From the NCBI RefSeq assembly GCF_037042905.1, contig NC_087261.1, positions 24,490,001 to 24,554,000 on the forward strand: a DNA stretch of 64,000 bases. Reading direction: 5' to 3'. The position numbers were made by a program, and so were the translations under genes. Positions 51,601 through 64,000 of this stretch are shown in pieces; position 1 is the stretch's first letter; every line of letters begins with the position of its first letter. Under the pieces are notes generated by a model. It was given only the letters and a program-made list of their open reading frames with translations, did not search any database and was not told the DNA's origin. Origin of the DNA: Lytechinus pictus (taxonomy: Eukaryota).

Positions 51601-54600
51601 TTTGTAATCTTTAGTTCATTTTGCTTTCGTTGCCATTCCTGAATGCATGGTTATTCTTTCCTTTAGAGAGGATGTCTCCATTGTATTCTGATAGCCACAA
51701 CGAGACCTAAAGGTGTCTAATTTACGATTGAATAAATCGGAATTTATACAAGCGAGACGTTTTTAAAATGATCAATTGGAAATATCGTAAGAGCGGGGAT
51801 GGTCGCCACTCATATAAAACAGCCAGCCATGCCAGTAGTTCTCATTATATTCAGTCCAATATTTTTCCCGCATTAATTGGAACACACCAAACACATTAAA
51901 AAATGAAAAACTGAAAAACAGGCTTTATACAGGCAAACCGGAATAACGTATATAGAAAATGAGAAGTGCAGCATTCAAGTGAATCGGAAAATAGTTTTAT
52001 CACATCGCAAGAGTTATTCCGAACAACATTTTTAAGAGATCATATATACCCTTTAAACTGCCGTCGATGTAAATCTTTCCTTCATAGGCGTCTTTGAACG
52101 TCAGAGTCACGTGAAACCATTCACCAATTGTGACGTCAGCTTGAGGGACGATTATCTTATCCCAAACGAGACCATCGCTCCTAAAATGGGCGTAGTATTT
52201 CTGAGAGATGGGCATATACATTAAAGAAAAAAAAGATTCAAGTGAGCTTACTAGTCTAAAATGATGAGATTGCGAATTAATCTATTTATTTTATTTCAAT
52301 TGTAGCTGGTGCTGGGCCATTTATTCAATAATAGTTAAAAATGCATTTTCCATTCAGTACAAAAGACCGCAAAATTGTGATCACTTTGCGTATATTATAT
52401 CATGTATGATATACATGTATCTAGTGGAATTGTTTCTGCAGAAAACAGGCTGTAAAGAATATTTGAAAATATGAATATATCTACATTTCATAGTTATGTA
52501 TTTATATTAATTGATTGAGATATATGTAAAGATATTTTTTTGCAGCGTGTGATAATATTGTTTAATTTCTGTGGAAATTTCCATGTACATCCATAGTGGT
52601 TATGGTGGTATTGCCTCTGAACATGCTAAATAAAACCCTTCATATTAATAAACACGATATGCAGGAGTGAAAAGATGAGTGACATTAGAAATGAATTATT
52701 GAAATTAGAATCATAATTGCTGAAATATCATTGATGTCGATGCGAATTCTTTGTTCTTGGTGGGAAAGAGTCTAAGATGACGTCCTGTGAACTTGAACAG
52801 TTAAATGATATGTCTTGTTCGACGGTCGATTCAACTTCTCCATAAGCCTACCTTGTCACTTGCAGACTGGATGAAAGCGAAACCATTTGAATCACTCTCA
52901 TCTCCTCCACTGGTGAAGAACACCATGTTGGCACTTCCGGCGTTGGTCATCTGCTTGATCCACATGGATACAGTCATGCCGTCAGGGCACCAGCCGATCT
53001 TCGAGAGGCACCTGCCATCGTAGTTGCCGAGGGTTATGCGTCCGTCGGTGTTCATGGCTGCACATTTCTGTGAAAGCTGTTGACGGGGTGAGATGTGGCA
53101 TGAATTAATTTAGTTTTCATGTTTTATTGAAGATATGGAGATGTCATGGGTTGTTTCAAATTAAGAATGTATGTATGATAATGGAAACTACCATCAGCCT
53201 ATGGCAACAGGGCTCAGCCGCCCATCAAAAAGTAAAGACTGCGTGGTTATCATTGGTTGGCAAAGAGGCTAACAGTGGAAATTGCAAAGCTCTCATAATC
53301 GGGAAAAGAAAAAAAAGGGAGTCATGGAAATGTCGTAGGCGGGCTGGGTCGTGTATGTGAAATATATATATATATATATATATATATTTCTTTGAAATAA
53401 AAATTAGTTTGTATTTATGTATATACATATATATTTGAGAAATAAAAACAAATGAATAAATAAGTACTCCGCTGCAACTTCAGACCATAGGTATCCTGAA
53501 GTCTGCATTCTTTCATTTTTTTAAAAGCACATTACCCTTTTCCAGCTTCGTAGAAATTGTCATCACCTACCTGTTGGGGAGCGTCAGTGTATTCAATCTG
53601 CGTCGAAGATGAGCCGGATAAACCGCCAGTATTCGAGTAAATATTATTGTTAACATGGCTGTTGCAATCTCCCGGTTCGGTGCCATCAACGGTTGAACGA
53701 CCGCTCAGGTCCCAGTATTCCAGCGGTGAATCAGCTGAAAAAAAACAGAGAAGATTTCAAGAAATGGGAAGAGTGTTCGTGTGGATTTGCACCCCATACC
53801 AGGTGCAGTACCCTTAAGCATCCTTAAGCACTCACTGTCGGCTAACCATATACAGGGACAGCGCCAATGTATGTTGATAAAAAGGGCAAGACGACATAAA
53901 ATGCGGCGTATCCCCCTCCATTTCATGAAGATTAAGCATTTATTGTATTACGATAGCAATGCTTTTCTCATTTCAACCCCTTTCTTCTTCCCCTTTTCCA
54001 CTTTTTTCACTACTTGCAAATTCACAGTGCCTGACCCCTTTGGTGCCACCCTGAAAATTCCAGATTGGCCTACAAAACGACGGGACTTAGTGAACTAAGT
54101 GTACTATCTTTGCTTTCATGGTGATGTAGAGAGTCAAAGAATACTGAAGGGCAGTGTAGCACCTTCTTAAAAAGTTGTAAGTACGTTCAGGCAATAAAAT
54201 TCCCGGTGTAGTACAATAGAGGGAGATAAAGTGCAGATGTTGTTCAGGTTTTGTTTGATGTTTCATTCAAATAGGGTGGCAAACAGGGTAAATACCAACA
54301 GACCCTCGGATGGTGTATAAAGAACAGTCTTTGACAAACCGTACTCACCAGTAGGATATGGGCATGCGTAACGGACCTCGAAGTCCTGGCATCCGCCGTT
54401 TCCGGTGTTGTCGGCCCCACGACAGACCAGTCCTTTGGGGGTACATGTATAGGGGTACTCAAGGACCACATTGGTGGAAGCCCAAGGTGTAGCTGTACCA
54501 ACTACCCGACACTGGGCGAAGACAGGAGAGGCGCAAAGTGTCGGGTCGTTCTGTGGGGGAGAAGTACGATACATATGGAAAAGCATTGCTGTATTACAGT

Positions 54601-57600
54601 TAAATATTCTGAATCATACACGTCATGGTCAAGATCCGTCATTAATTTTGAAGGCCATACAAGATTAGGCCTACTTTAGGAATACACATATCGTGCAATC
54701 GTTGCAATGTAGGCCTACTGCCAAATAACAAAGGACGCCTGAGAAGTCTATGAGGAAAATTCAAAGAACCTGAACCGCAGTAGTAGATCAATGGGTTAAT
54801 CCAGGGGAGGGCAGCAAAATGTATTTCAAAACACCCCCTATACCAAATTATTTCAAAACACCCCCTAAACGAGTTTTTCTCTGTGTGCAAAATAACCGCC
54901 TAAACAAGTATTTGCGGGCTTTGTTTACACATTTTGGCCTCTAAACAAGTTTTCGCCAGAATATGACCCCGAGGAAAATGCTAGGGGGAAAAACATACCC
55001 TAACACGTTTGGCTAGTCTTAAAAAATGCTTTGGAAAAAAAATACCCTAAATACGTTTGACCTGCGATTTACCGCTGAACAGTCTGTCAAAACTACCCCT
55101 TTTTGAAAATCAGTGTTTTTGATACCCTGAACAAGTGCACGCGCGATCTGCGTCCAAAACTGAAAAAACACCCCCTTTAAACGCGGTTTTTTTGTCACGA
55201 GTGTGTACAGCAATATATTTGACTTGGGGGTGAACGAATGTTCTGCTCTGAACTTAGGACGAAATGGTAAATGAAAGAGCATTATTAACGCACTCCTGTA
55301 ATCCGATGTTCGGCAAAGGCATAGGTATCCTTTATCATGTGTCAATACATTACTCTCTTCCTGAGCGAAAACTAGAAGAAACACTCTTCGATTCCAATGA
55401 GAATTTCAACAGTCACTGAAGCATTGATTGAAAATTAATATCTTGAGTCTTTATAACAAATGACGAGCACCATGTTTTCGGCACAATTGAGAAGGTTTTT
55501 TCGGCATTCATATGTCTCCCCTTCCAGACGGAAATACTATGGTGACGCCCATGTAGACGTTGCTCGAGCATCCAACAAGTCACTGAATAGATACATCATG
55601 TATAAAAGCGGCAATACCATTAATACACTAAAACAAATCAGTCAAAAATGACTAGTTAATTGGGTCAACTGGGTGAAACTGTTATTCTATAGTCATATTT
55701 GACTATTTTAAGTCGTATTTTACTAGAACAGAGTTATTTCTGACTAGAATATGTCAGAAATGTGATGGTTAGTGATTGTGATATCAGTTGCACCCAGCTG
55801 ACTACTGGTCTAGTCAATTTGACTGATTTGTTTTAAGAGTGTAGCCAAAATAGGCCATTTAACCTTTCCACCTATTCGAACAATCTTTGAGCCGAACTGA
55901 ATTTTGTTAAATCCCTATCAACAGATCAACCGTGCATCCCTTTTCCAAATTGTGTGTCCCGTTCAATCTATGGAATATTACATCGCGAAAGACATGTACG
56001 GGCTTATTTGAGCAATATATTCCCGGGGCTTTTATAGATCTACAGGAGAATCCGACTTACAAGTCCCTGATGAGTGGAAAACATTTCTTTATCGTCGGTA
56101 CCATCATCAGCGTTAAACCAGCTGGTCCAGTAGATTGGTTCTGCAAGAGTAAGAAATCAAATCAATTTTAGGATGTTACTCGTAGCATATATATATCACA
56201 ATATGCTACTAGGGGATTATTTCATGACACAACATGATTTTCGCTTTTATAACCTTCTGAATCCTTGCATCTGATTGGCCCATGTCACATTTGCCAGACA
56301 AAATCATATTGAAGATGTTTCATGAAGCACTCACTAGTATTTAATCATTACGAAACATTGCATATTCCCGGTGTTTAAACCCTTAAAAGGATCAGTCATA
56401 GCCTCCAATCTCTTAGTGTTTTTGTGTCCGACCGATAATAATGGTCAATATCAACCAAAAATTCTGGTGGATCTAACCATTGGCAGCGGAAGGCAAACAA
56501 ATTAGGGGGGTCCACCTGAAATTTTGGGATGGACACAGGTAAAAAAAATTGACAAGCAAAAAAAAAAGGTTATCAACCAAATATTTAGGGGGGCCACACA
56601 AATTTTAGGGGGGTCCACCTGAATTTAGGGGGAGGGACGCAGGAGACAAAATTGACAAGCAAAAAAAAAGTTATCAACAACAAACCTCAAATTTAGGGGG
56701 GCAGCCTCCCCCTTCCGTTTGCGCCGCCTCTGTATCTAACCAATAAATTAATTGATTTTGACGATGGCTTTTGGTCGGACACATATTCACCAAATCATGG
56801 ATTGTTTTACCAAGTATTTTTAAAAGTGAATGGTCACAGCACAACTTCAATCTTTTGCTAATAAACTCCCATCACAAAGACGAATCAATACCCAAAGTCC
56901 ATCTCCCCTAGTACCACGGGAACGGTGCTCAGGGTGGTTTCTGAAGACTTTATAGTAAAGTTATTGTATTAAAGAAATTATGCTATGATAGTCGAAAAAG
57001 CTGGTGCGTCCAGCTTCATTGGAAAGTTTTGAACAGTCGAAGGGATAAGTGGCTATCAAGGCTAACGCGTTACCTAAATGAAATGCCATACATTTGCAAG
57101 AAGAATGAATTGTCACTGACTGTCATGACAGCCATTTCTCATTGGTAAAATTATGCATGACAAGTTGTGACAAACGTGTTTCAGAACGTAAAATGTATTC
57201 TTATTTTTAGAGTTGGTTTAAAAGATTCACATGTCCGAATGAAATCTAAATCATACATCTGTACAAGTACAATAATTAAGTAACCTATGAACGCTGCAAG
57301 TGATATGGGATATTTAATCCTGATTCAAAATGCTCAAACATCTTTTAATGACGAAAGAGTCAAGTCGGTAGGCTTAAAAAAATGTTCCTGCTCCAATTGG
57401 ATATTCGTGTTTTTGTATTAAAAAAAAATAGTAAAGATCCTTAACCGCATCATGTGAGACGTTTGTACCATACCTTGCTGGCCGCTACAGAGTAGGCATG
57501 ATCGGAACCTGGGAGTTGGAACTAAACTTATCATTATATACTTCTCTGTGTGGGCCTTTGAGTTCACTGTTATTTACTTTATTTGTTTATTTAATTTCCA

Positions 57601-60600
57601 CAATCTGATAGTCATAATCAATGAACTTCGGAATACTCACGTTGTGGACAGAGCAGCCGGACTTCGTAGTCAAAGCACGTAGAGTTATCCCCGGAACTCT
57701 GACTCGATCCAATGCACACTAGCCCGCCCTCTACGGTACAGTTAACGTCAAACACCTGTCCAGTCATATCGGAGAGAATATGGGTGTACAGAGTCCGGCA
57801 TTCAATGCCTATCGGAGTCTCACAAGTTTCCTGTAAAAAGAGAGAAGAGTTGTTGAGAATATAAGTCTTTTCCTCGAACTAGTCGGTAATTCATTACGTT
57901 AAAAAATGCGACTCGAAATCACAAAGAAGTAGGCCTATCGCTTTACAGTCATTTTTTAAAGTAAGATCAGCTATATCCATGAATATATACTGTGCTAATA
58001 TATTAAACCAAGTGTTACTCATTTTTGTTCTGTATTGTAAATTACCGAATGAAGCGATACTGAAAGACGTGCGGGTTAATGTACCATTCTTAGTACACTG
58101 AAATTTGTTTTATACCTCTTCGAGTAAAGCAATGCTTTCGTTGTCCACCCCGTCCCCGTGCAAATAAGGTGCGTCCAAGCTCATCCAAGCAGTCCAGTTG
58201 TAATTACGCTCTGAGTGGAATGAAGCGAAAATGTGTCATATGAAATGCTTTTCAAAGAACATAAGCTTTTATTTCTGATCCTTCCAGTGATGTCTCGAAA
58301 ATTAGAACGGTAGAAACCTTCGTCGCATCTTTTAATTCATAAGGGAGAATTTTCGAAAAGAAGAAAGACAAAGATGGTTGGTAAAGGCATAAAATCATAA
58401 TGTACATGCTCAGTCATAAGGATAATCAATTTTTATCTTTATCTACTAATAATTTTTGCCTCACGTCGTAACTCTTGATTTTTGTATAAATAACTTCCTC
58501 AACACCACTCTAACAATGATGGGCCAAAGCTAATACTTTACCTATGTCATGTATGTAGTAGTCACATTGTAGTTGTTAATATGATGATGATACTGATTAG
58601 TATTTCTGTCATTATTATCATTCTTCCTATTATTGTTTATTATTATCATTATTTCAGATTATATTATTTAATTTGTTGTTCTATTATCACCACCATCACC
58701 ATCATTACAATAGTTAGAGGCACATAATGAAACTTTTACCATGTACTCTTTCATTTAACTGAGATCGTGAAATACTCACTCTGCAGTGGCACTAAACTTT
58801 AAGAGTGTCTGGTTCTAATAGCGTGCATCTTTGTCAAAAACCATCGTTAGAAAGGGAGGCGAGCGAGAAAATGTGTAATTTCTGAAATAATTGATTTGTA
58901 TTGATTTTGGCTTGTACAAATTAGACTTCGTTGAAAATGAAATCTAGGTACATTACGTTCTCAACAATGGTTAAAGGAGAATGAAACCTTTGAAACAAGA
59001 TACCTTGTGTGAAAACAGAAAAATCAAAGAAACAGATCAACGAAAGTTTGAGAAAAATCGGACAAATAATGAGAAAGTTATGAGCATTTGAATATTGCGA
59101 TCACTAATGCTATGGAGATCCTCAAATTGGCAATGCGACAAAGATGTGTGATGTCACTTGTGAACAACTCTCCCCATTACTTTAGTATATTTTCACTTAA
59201 ATTGCCTCTTTAATTACATCTATCAGCATGTAATACAGATTTTTAAAGAATACATCATGGATAAAGAGTTTGTACCACCACAAGAAAAAGCAGAAAGAGA
59301 CATTTTGAGGGTATTTTATAGTCCATCAAAGGGAAAGTTGTTCACATTTGACATCACACATCCTTGTCGCATTGCCAATGGGAGGATCCCCATATCATTA
59401 GTGATTGCAATATTCAAATGCTCATAACTTTCTCATTATTTGTCCGATTTTTCTCAAACTTTCTTTGTTCTTATTCTTTGATTTTTCTGTTTCGACACAA
59501 GCCTACTTATTCCAAAGGTTTCATTCCCCTTTAAAGAAAAACAACATTAATTTGTGGAATTGTGTTTTTAGGGAAGTGAACGTAGCAGACCTTATCAACT
59601 GGTCAACACCTCCCCTTAAATGGATTTTTTTTTATATGCTGAAAGAACACCAAACTGGTATATAACTAAGGACATAGGAAACAAGTTAATCAGGCAGAGT
59701 GGGTGATCTTGTAGACGACAGAAATTACTCTCGGGTCTCTTTTCACAAAGTGTAGACAATGGCCAAGCGGGGATTCTAACTCACAACCTTACGATCATGA
59801 TTCCAATGCTCTAACCACTAGACCACACGACCCGATTGGGTGATTCTTCACGTGAATAAACATCCCATCCCAATAGCACACACTATTTACCACATAGTTC
59901 CGAACGAGAGGCCTTCCGAGCTCCAGTTGCGTCATCAACCGCCTCGCACACGACGCTGGCATTGCCACCGTAATTGATCAGTTGCAAGGCAGACTTTATG
60001 CGGTAGTTATCGCTTACGAGTTCCGTGTAAACGTGGCCCTCCAATCCGGATTGATCCAGTGCGGAGTAGTTTATTCCATCCGCATCCACTATGAACCAGG
60101 TGATAGACGGTACCATGTCCTTTCCGGGTCCACGAGCGACGCATTCGACAAGAATGTTCGGGTCTGAGGGATCACTGACTTGGACGACGTAGAGGATGTG
60201 AACTATATCTTCAGAACTAACTGATAAGGCTATGTACCGAGAGATATTGATTGGAAATAAAATGAAATACAGTTATCAGTTTAAGATATACTCTATTGCT
60301 ACAGGTAGGTTTCATATACATGTATAGCAAATGGATTGACTAAGAACCACAGTTTAAATGGTACCTGTCAGTAAAAAAATACCTACTTTCGGATAAAATG
60401 TCCCCGAAAGGCACCTTCATCAGTTCATGAAACGCTCCTCAGGTGATAAATTCCATTTTAATGCTTAACCTTATCATCACAGTGTGGTATTGTTTTCAAG
60501 TTGTGCCAATAGTCAATCAAAGCAAATATTAATGAGTTTTCTTTACTTGTATCACCTAGGCATTGGAAAAGTTAACAATGAAGTTAACCAAATTGTGGAC

Positions 60601-61036
60601 ACCCCACCCCCTTCTATCAAGCACCCACTTTAGGGGCAAACTCTCATTAATTCTAATAATTGCAAGTTCTCCTTACTTCCAATCTCTTCGGCATAGAGTT
60701 TTTGGGCTTCAGCCTCGGTGAACTTCCTATAGAAGATCTTTAAGTTGCTGATTGACACGTCAGGGGTGGTGTCCAAGTCGTTCACGTCCGGGTCACGGGC
60801 GAAGAGCAGGAGAGGCATCGTGCTCGGGTTGCACTCAGGATTCTCACTGGAAAAACCTTCCGTTATGTTTAACAATCCGTTGTGGTAGACCTCCGTTCCT
60901 GTGCGATCATTTAAGACGATGTAATGGGCCCATGTCCCGTAACGAGTCAACAGAGCAGGCTTTGATCGGTCGACTTCAGCCACAACTCTGCGGTTATTGT
61001 ATCGGAACAAGAACACAAACTGTTTGAGATTTCTTT
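40144..61036 (-). CDS. Gene C (partial): large mosaic extracellular protein LamG-Ig-WxxW-WxxW-LamG-Ig-FA58C-Ig-Ig-Ig-Ig-Ig
   Basis: 21 in-frame GT-AG exons (4197 nt): 61036-60677, 60220-59891, 58210-58116, 57830-57641, 56140-56061, 54550-54349, 53734-53571, 53067-52852, 52200-52050, 51360-51184, 50702-50382, 49525-49455, 48866-48765, 48287-48189, 46551-46416, 44966-44676, 43467-43165, 42755-42456, 42126-41824, 40618-40490, 40320-40144. 5' end lies beyond the window; last exon unresolved. Confidence 0.85.
41824..42126 (-). CDS. Gene C exon: Ig-like domain 6
   Basis: AECVA..PQPTVTWV..TLKI..DGNYTCIV. Confidence 0.9.
42456..42755 (-). CDS. Gene C exon: Ig-like domain 5
   Basis: YTLVCTV..IEWTLPNG..STLTM..GAYTCTG. 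Confidence 0.9.
43165..43467 (-). CDS. Gene C exon: Ig-like domain 4
   Basis: VSFECTASG..MEWYF..TLSV..ENEGTYQCSV. Confidence 0.9.
44676..44966 (-). CDS. Gene C exon: Ig-like domain 3
   Basis: YTLYCQGSYFPPPVVTW..LEL..VVFTCVI. Confidence 0.85.
45050..45740. repeat. (CTA)n compound microsatellite spanning a gap
   Basis: Direct inspection; Ns at 45082-45254. Confidence 0.95.
46416..49525 (-). CDS. Gene C: F5/8 type C (discoidin) domain, four small exons (49525-49455, 48866-48765, 48287-48189, 46551-46416), none in the ORF track
   Basis: CERATGFERGDIRSVQISS / PWVSTVTDQSAYIEFDFG / FAGLVVQG..FVSSYEVSYS / FDPVIESRIVRL..ILVEFYGC. Confidence 0.88.
46798..47336. mobile_element. Non-autonomous TIR element with 8-bp TSD
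   Basis: TIR ccg(g)ncactc / gagtg(c)ncgg; flanking gcagcctc at 46790-46797 and 47337-47344. Confidence 0.85.
48385..48500. repeat. (GAT)n microsatellite in a gene C intron
   Basis: Direct inspection. Confidence 0.9.
50382..50702 (-). CDS. Gene C exon: Ig-like domain 2
   Basis: LTLTCQVKGYPLTGVKWF..FTSQLAI..VTFICSG; phase 1-1. Confidence 0.88.
51184..53734 (-). CDS. Gene C: LamG-like domain 2, four exons (53734-53571, 53067-52852, 52200-52050, 51360-51184)
   Basis: PLEYWDL..CPDGMTVSMWIK..FFTSGG..GEWFHVTLTF..KIYIDG..FVIG..FSAVKFFDYVL. Confidence 0.88.
54349..56140 (-). CDS. Gene C: WxxW domain 2, exons 56140-56061 and 54550-54349
   Basis: YWTSWFNADDGTDDKE / CASPVFAQCR..CTPKGLVC..CQDFEVRYACP. 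Confidence 0.9.
56478..56732. mobile_element. hAT-like MITE
   Basis: TIR cattggcagcggaa / ttgcgccgcctctg; 8-bp TSD gatctaac / tatctaac. Confidence 0.72.
57641..58210 (-). CDS. Gene C: WxxW (mucin CysD-type) domain 1, exons 58210-58116 and 57830-57641
   Basis: WTAWMSLDAP..GDGVDNE / CETPIGIECRT..TGQV..CTVEGGLVC..CFDYEVRLLCP. Confidence 0.9.
58975..59530. mobile_element. TTAA-flanked long-TIR MITE (Kolobok-like)
   Basis: TTAA|aggagaatgaaacctttg ... caaaggtttcattcccct|TTAA, with inverted arms of about 190 bp. Confidence 0.88.
59891..60220 (-). CDS. Gene C exon: Ig-like domain 1
   Basis: LVECVARG..PSITWF..IKSALQL..VVCEA; phase 1-1. Confidence 0.85.
60677..61036 (-). CDS. Gene C exon: C-terminal half of a LamG/concanavalin-like domain
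   Basis: GTWAHYIV..TEVYHNG..LLLFA..DVSISNLKIFYRKFTEAEAQKLY matches the LamG/pentraxin-like C-terminal pattern. Confidence 0.82.
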
Positions 61037-61544
61037 CTGTAGTATCGGAAAGGAGATAAACATTATCAAACAACATAAATAGTAGTAGTAGTAGCAGCAG
61101 CACCAAGGTGTTGATTATGAATGTTGATATGCATTGTCGCTACATGTACAGTGCGCGGATATCCGGTTATCCGGCCTATTGGCCGTGTTGCAAATTAATC
61201 ACAACTTCCCACTCAATACTCCGTCTGGGAGATTTACCTGTTTTTCAATAAGACTGGCGTGGTGGCAGCTTGCGGTCTGAATCTAAGGCACTTAAGTGAT
61301 CCTACCAACAGTCTGATAATTCTTAATCTATACAAAGGGCCAGGCGCTCCGTCAGACCCACTGGCATAAATCCAGTCCGAGCAGTGGGGGAGGGGGAGGG
61401 TGGGAATGATAGTGTTACACTTTACACATTATGATGGTGGAAGATATATAATTGTAATATTCAGGTAGCGTTAGATGGCGTAAAGCGAGTGTTACTAAGA
61501 ATGAAGACACAATGACGAAGTTGATTGCGTTCCAATATATTTAA

Positions 61545-62205
61545 TCAATTCAATTCAAGGTTTATTATAAAAACATGAGTCGCAGCCAAATGGCTGAATT
61601 GGTCATGTATACAAAGTAAAAACAATTAAAAGACTCATTACATATTTCAAACATTAAAAAGCAGTAACCTTTGTAAAAACTGACATGAGAAATATGTGTA
61701 TAGGCAAGAATACTTAGGCAATGAAAATTTATATACGTGTACATAATATAATGAGGAAAAGGTAAATTAAGAATAATAAAAACAAAATAAGTAAGCTGTA
61801 AAAGATCAATAAAAATATTTGGATATTAAATAAAAGAGTTGATTTCCTCATTCATGAAAAAACTTGATATAGCAAGTAGGCTGGTATTGCTTCCAAATGA
61901 GCAATGGGTTTATTGATTAGGCATGTCTTTATTCAGGAGATCTATGAAATATGGTATGGGGCTATTGCGAAATCGATTTGTCTTACATTTGTATTGCTGA
62001 TATCGAGGAGTATGTCGGAGATTGATGGTTAAGTTTTTTGGAGGAGGTAACCAGGTACTGAATGTTGGATGTTTGGTTAAAGACATTGCGAAATCCAGGC
62101 TGAGTTTCTCCCTTCTGTATTCCAGAGTAGGAATTTCACATGATAGGCAAGCACTGGCATAATCTGTGTAGTTTGGGCCCAACATGATTCTACAAGTACT
62201 TTTTT
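61545..62205 (-). mobile_element. 5'-truncated LINE (CR1/L2 group), ORF2 C-terminus + 3' UTR
   Basis: ORF 61910-62209: CRIMLG..TLEYRREKLSLDFA..CKTNRFRNSPIPYFIDLLN; AATAAA plus (TTGAA)n tail near 61545. Confidence 0.78.
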
Positions 62206-62572
62206 TCAATTCAATTCAATTCATTTTATTCAATCATTTAAAAAATCAATATACAAACCAAAATATATACAAAATCATACATGAATGTACAGTATAGTTT
62301 AAATGATTAGGGTGCCCCTAAAAGCAAATGCTTGATGAGTGGGACACCCAATATATATATATATATATTCCACGCTTTAATAAAAACAACTGTCATTCAA
62401 ACTTGTCACAATTCACGAATCTTCCCTGAAGAAGGTAGATGTCTACCGAAAATTTGGAGAGTGAATAAAAGAACTTAATTGTTGGCACTTCAAAAACTGC
62501 ATTACTCGTGAATTTGTTTCGCATTTCTGATGTCTTATTATTATTATTGCCAATACGTGGAAAACCAAGATG

Positions 62573-62640
<68 letters not shown>

Positions 62641-62764
62641 TTCCAAAGGGTAGATAGCTCTGGGGAACCTTGATTTAAGCTACGCCTACCATTGTTCTCT
62701 TCATCCATTTCTTTACAATATAAATAAAAAAAGAGTTGCCAAAGCTGTTGTACATGTATAACTT

Positions 62765-62838
<74 letters not shown>

Positions 62839-63495
62839 CGTACATAAAAGTTAAAAGGTAACAATAATAAACACAAACAATAGGCCTACATAAGAAAATA
62901 AGACGGTAAACCTACAGGGGAGAGGAGGGGGTCAGGAAAAGGGTGTGGAAATGAATTATGTGATTAATTGGCATACATAATTACAAGTGAAATTTTGAGT
63001 TTTGTTTTTAAATGCAATAACATTTGTGCTAGAAATTACATTGGAAGGGAGGGAATTCCATATTCGCGGACCAGTGGATTTAAATGAATAAAGGGTTGAT
63101 TGATAGAATGCTACAGGATAATGGAATTTAGAGTGGGAACGGGTATTGTATTGATGGTAGTCTTTATTATATTTAAATAGATAAATCATATTAAGGGGTG
63201 CTAAGTTGTGATTTACGTAGTACATTAGAATTGCAATTTGAATTTTATGAATATCAAAAACTGTCAAGGTGTTAAATCTAAAAAATAAAGGGCGTGATGT
63301 AGCTAGGTAGTGGGAGTTAGAACAAATACGTAAAGCCTTTTTTTTGGAGTATGTGTATGGGGTTTAGTTTTGTAGTGCCACAACTTGCCCAAGTATTATT
63401 ACCATAATAGATATAAGGAAGCAATAAAGAATTGTAGAGCATAAGCAAATGTTTTTCTGTAAGATTATTATTTTTGAATTTGCTCTAAACTTCTT
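62206..63495 (-). mobile_element. Second 5'-truncated LINE (CR1/L2 group), with (TA)n tracts in its 3' region
   Basis: KALRIC..SRPLF..LTVFDIH..HQYNTR..GPRIWNSLP; (TTGAA)n tail at about 62206-62225. Confidence 0.8.
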
Positions 63496-63550
63496 ACATG
63501 TTTCTTTGTAAGCCCACCATTAAAAACTGGGGTGCAATATTCCATAACAG

Positions 63551-63721
63551 GTTGCCGTTTCATAAAGCTGTTCGTAAGATAAGAGCGACTTTAAGAACGA
63601 CTGGTGATTATTTCTTATGCGCTAAACCATTGCCAGTGAATATACCATTTACCACAAGAAAGGATCACCAGTCGTTCTTAAAGTCGCTCTTAACTTACGA
63701 ACAGCTTTATGAAACACCCAC
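63551..63721. mobile_element. MITE
   Basis: Inverted arms gtttcataaagctgttcgtaag..aagaacgactggtga / tcaccagtcgttctt..cttacgaacagctttatgaaac. Confidence 0.82.
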
Positions 63722-63796
63722 CAGGACGAATGTAGCCCATGTATACCAATTTCAGATCCGATAGAGACAGCCCATATCGCTTCAAAAGCCTAAACA

Positions 63797-64000
63797 TATG
63801 GTGGCCCTGAAGGGACATCGCAAATAGACCAAATCGCGAATATTCACGACGAAATTAGCGACGAAATTCACGACATCGTGAATTTCGTCGCCAATTTCGT
63901 CGCGAATTATTCACGACGAAATTCACGACGTCGCCGATTTCGTCGTGAATTTGTTTTGCTTGCCTGGGCGGTATGCGGGTTGAAACCAATTCGTCTGCTG
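63797..64000. mobile_element. End of a DNA transposon with subterminal GAAATTCACGAC repeats (IS3EU-like terminus)
   Basis: Starts TATGGTGGCCCTGAAG, followed by direct and inverted cgacgaaatt repeats; the other end is outside the window. Confidence 0.5.

Noticed and set aside
63747-63789. Possible further gene C mini-exon (AFEAIWAVSIGSEI)
   Set aside because: Phase-compatible but only 43 nt, with weak splice sites, wedged between two transposons; unsupported.

Overview
Draft-assembly eukaryotic genomic DNA (AT-rich, four short N gaps, dense SINEs, MITEs and LINE relics). The repeat repertoire and gene content suggest an invertebrate deuterostome, most likely a sea urchin (inference). I reconstructed three intron-containing genes by hand, all on the minus strand, with GT-AG junctions that stay in frame. 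Gene A (14970-3165, 7 exons, 750 aa): signal peptide, 3 nearly cysteine-free CUB domains, stalk, TM helix and a 308-aa tail with 16 tyrosines. Gene B (33520-24760, 5 exons, 942 aa): signal peptide, 1 CUB domain, stalk, TM helix and a 721-aa tail with 21 tyrosines, including two canonical ITAM patterns and ITIM matches. Gene C (>61036-40144, 21 exons in view, about 1400 aa, 5' end outside the window, 3' end unresolved): a large mosaic extracellular protein, LamG-Ig-WxxW-WxxW-LamG-Ig-FA58C-Ig x5. The best candidate for an undescribed system is the tandem pair A+B: non-catalytic CUB-domain type I receptors/adaptors with identical exon-phase architecture and immunoreceptor-like phosphotyrosine arrays. 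The rest is transposon-derived, with several clear nested insertions. No database searches were run; domain and TE superfamily calls rest on motif recognition.
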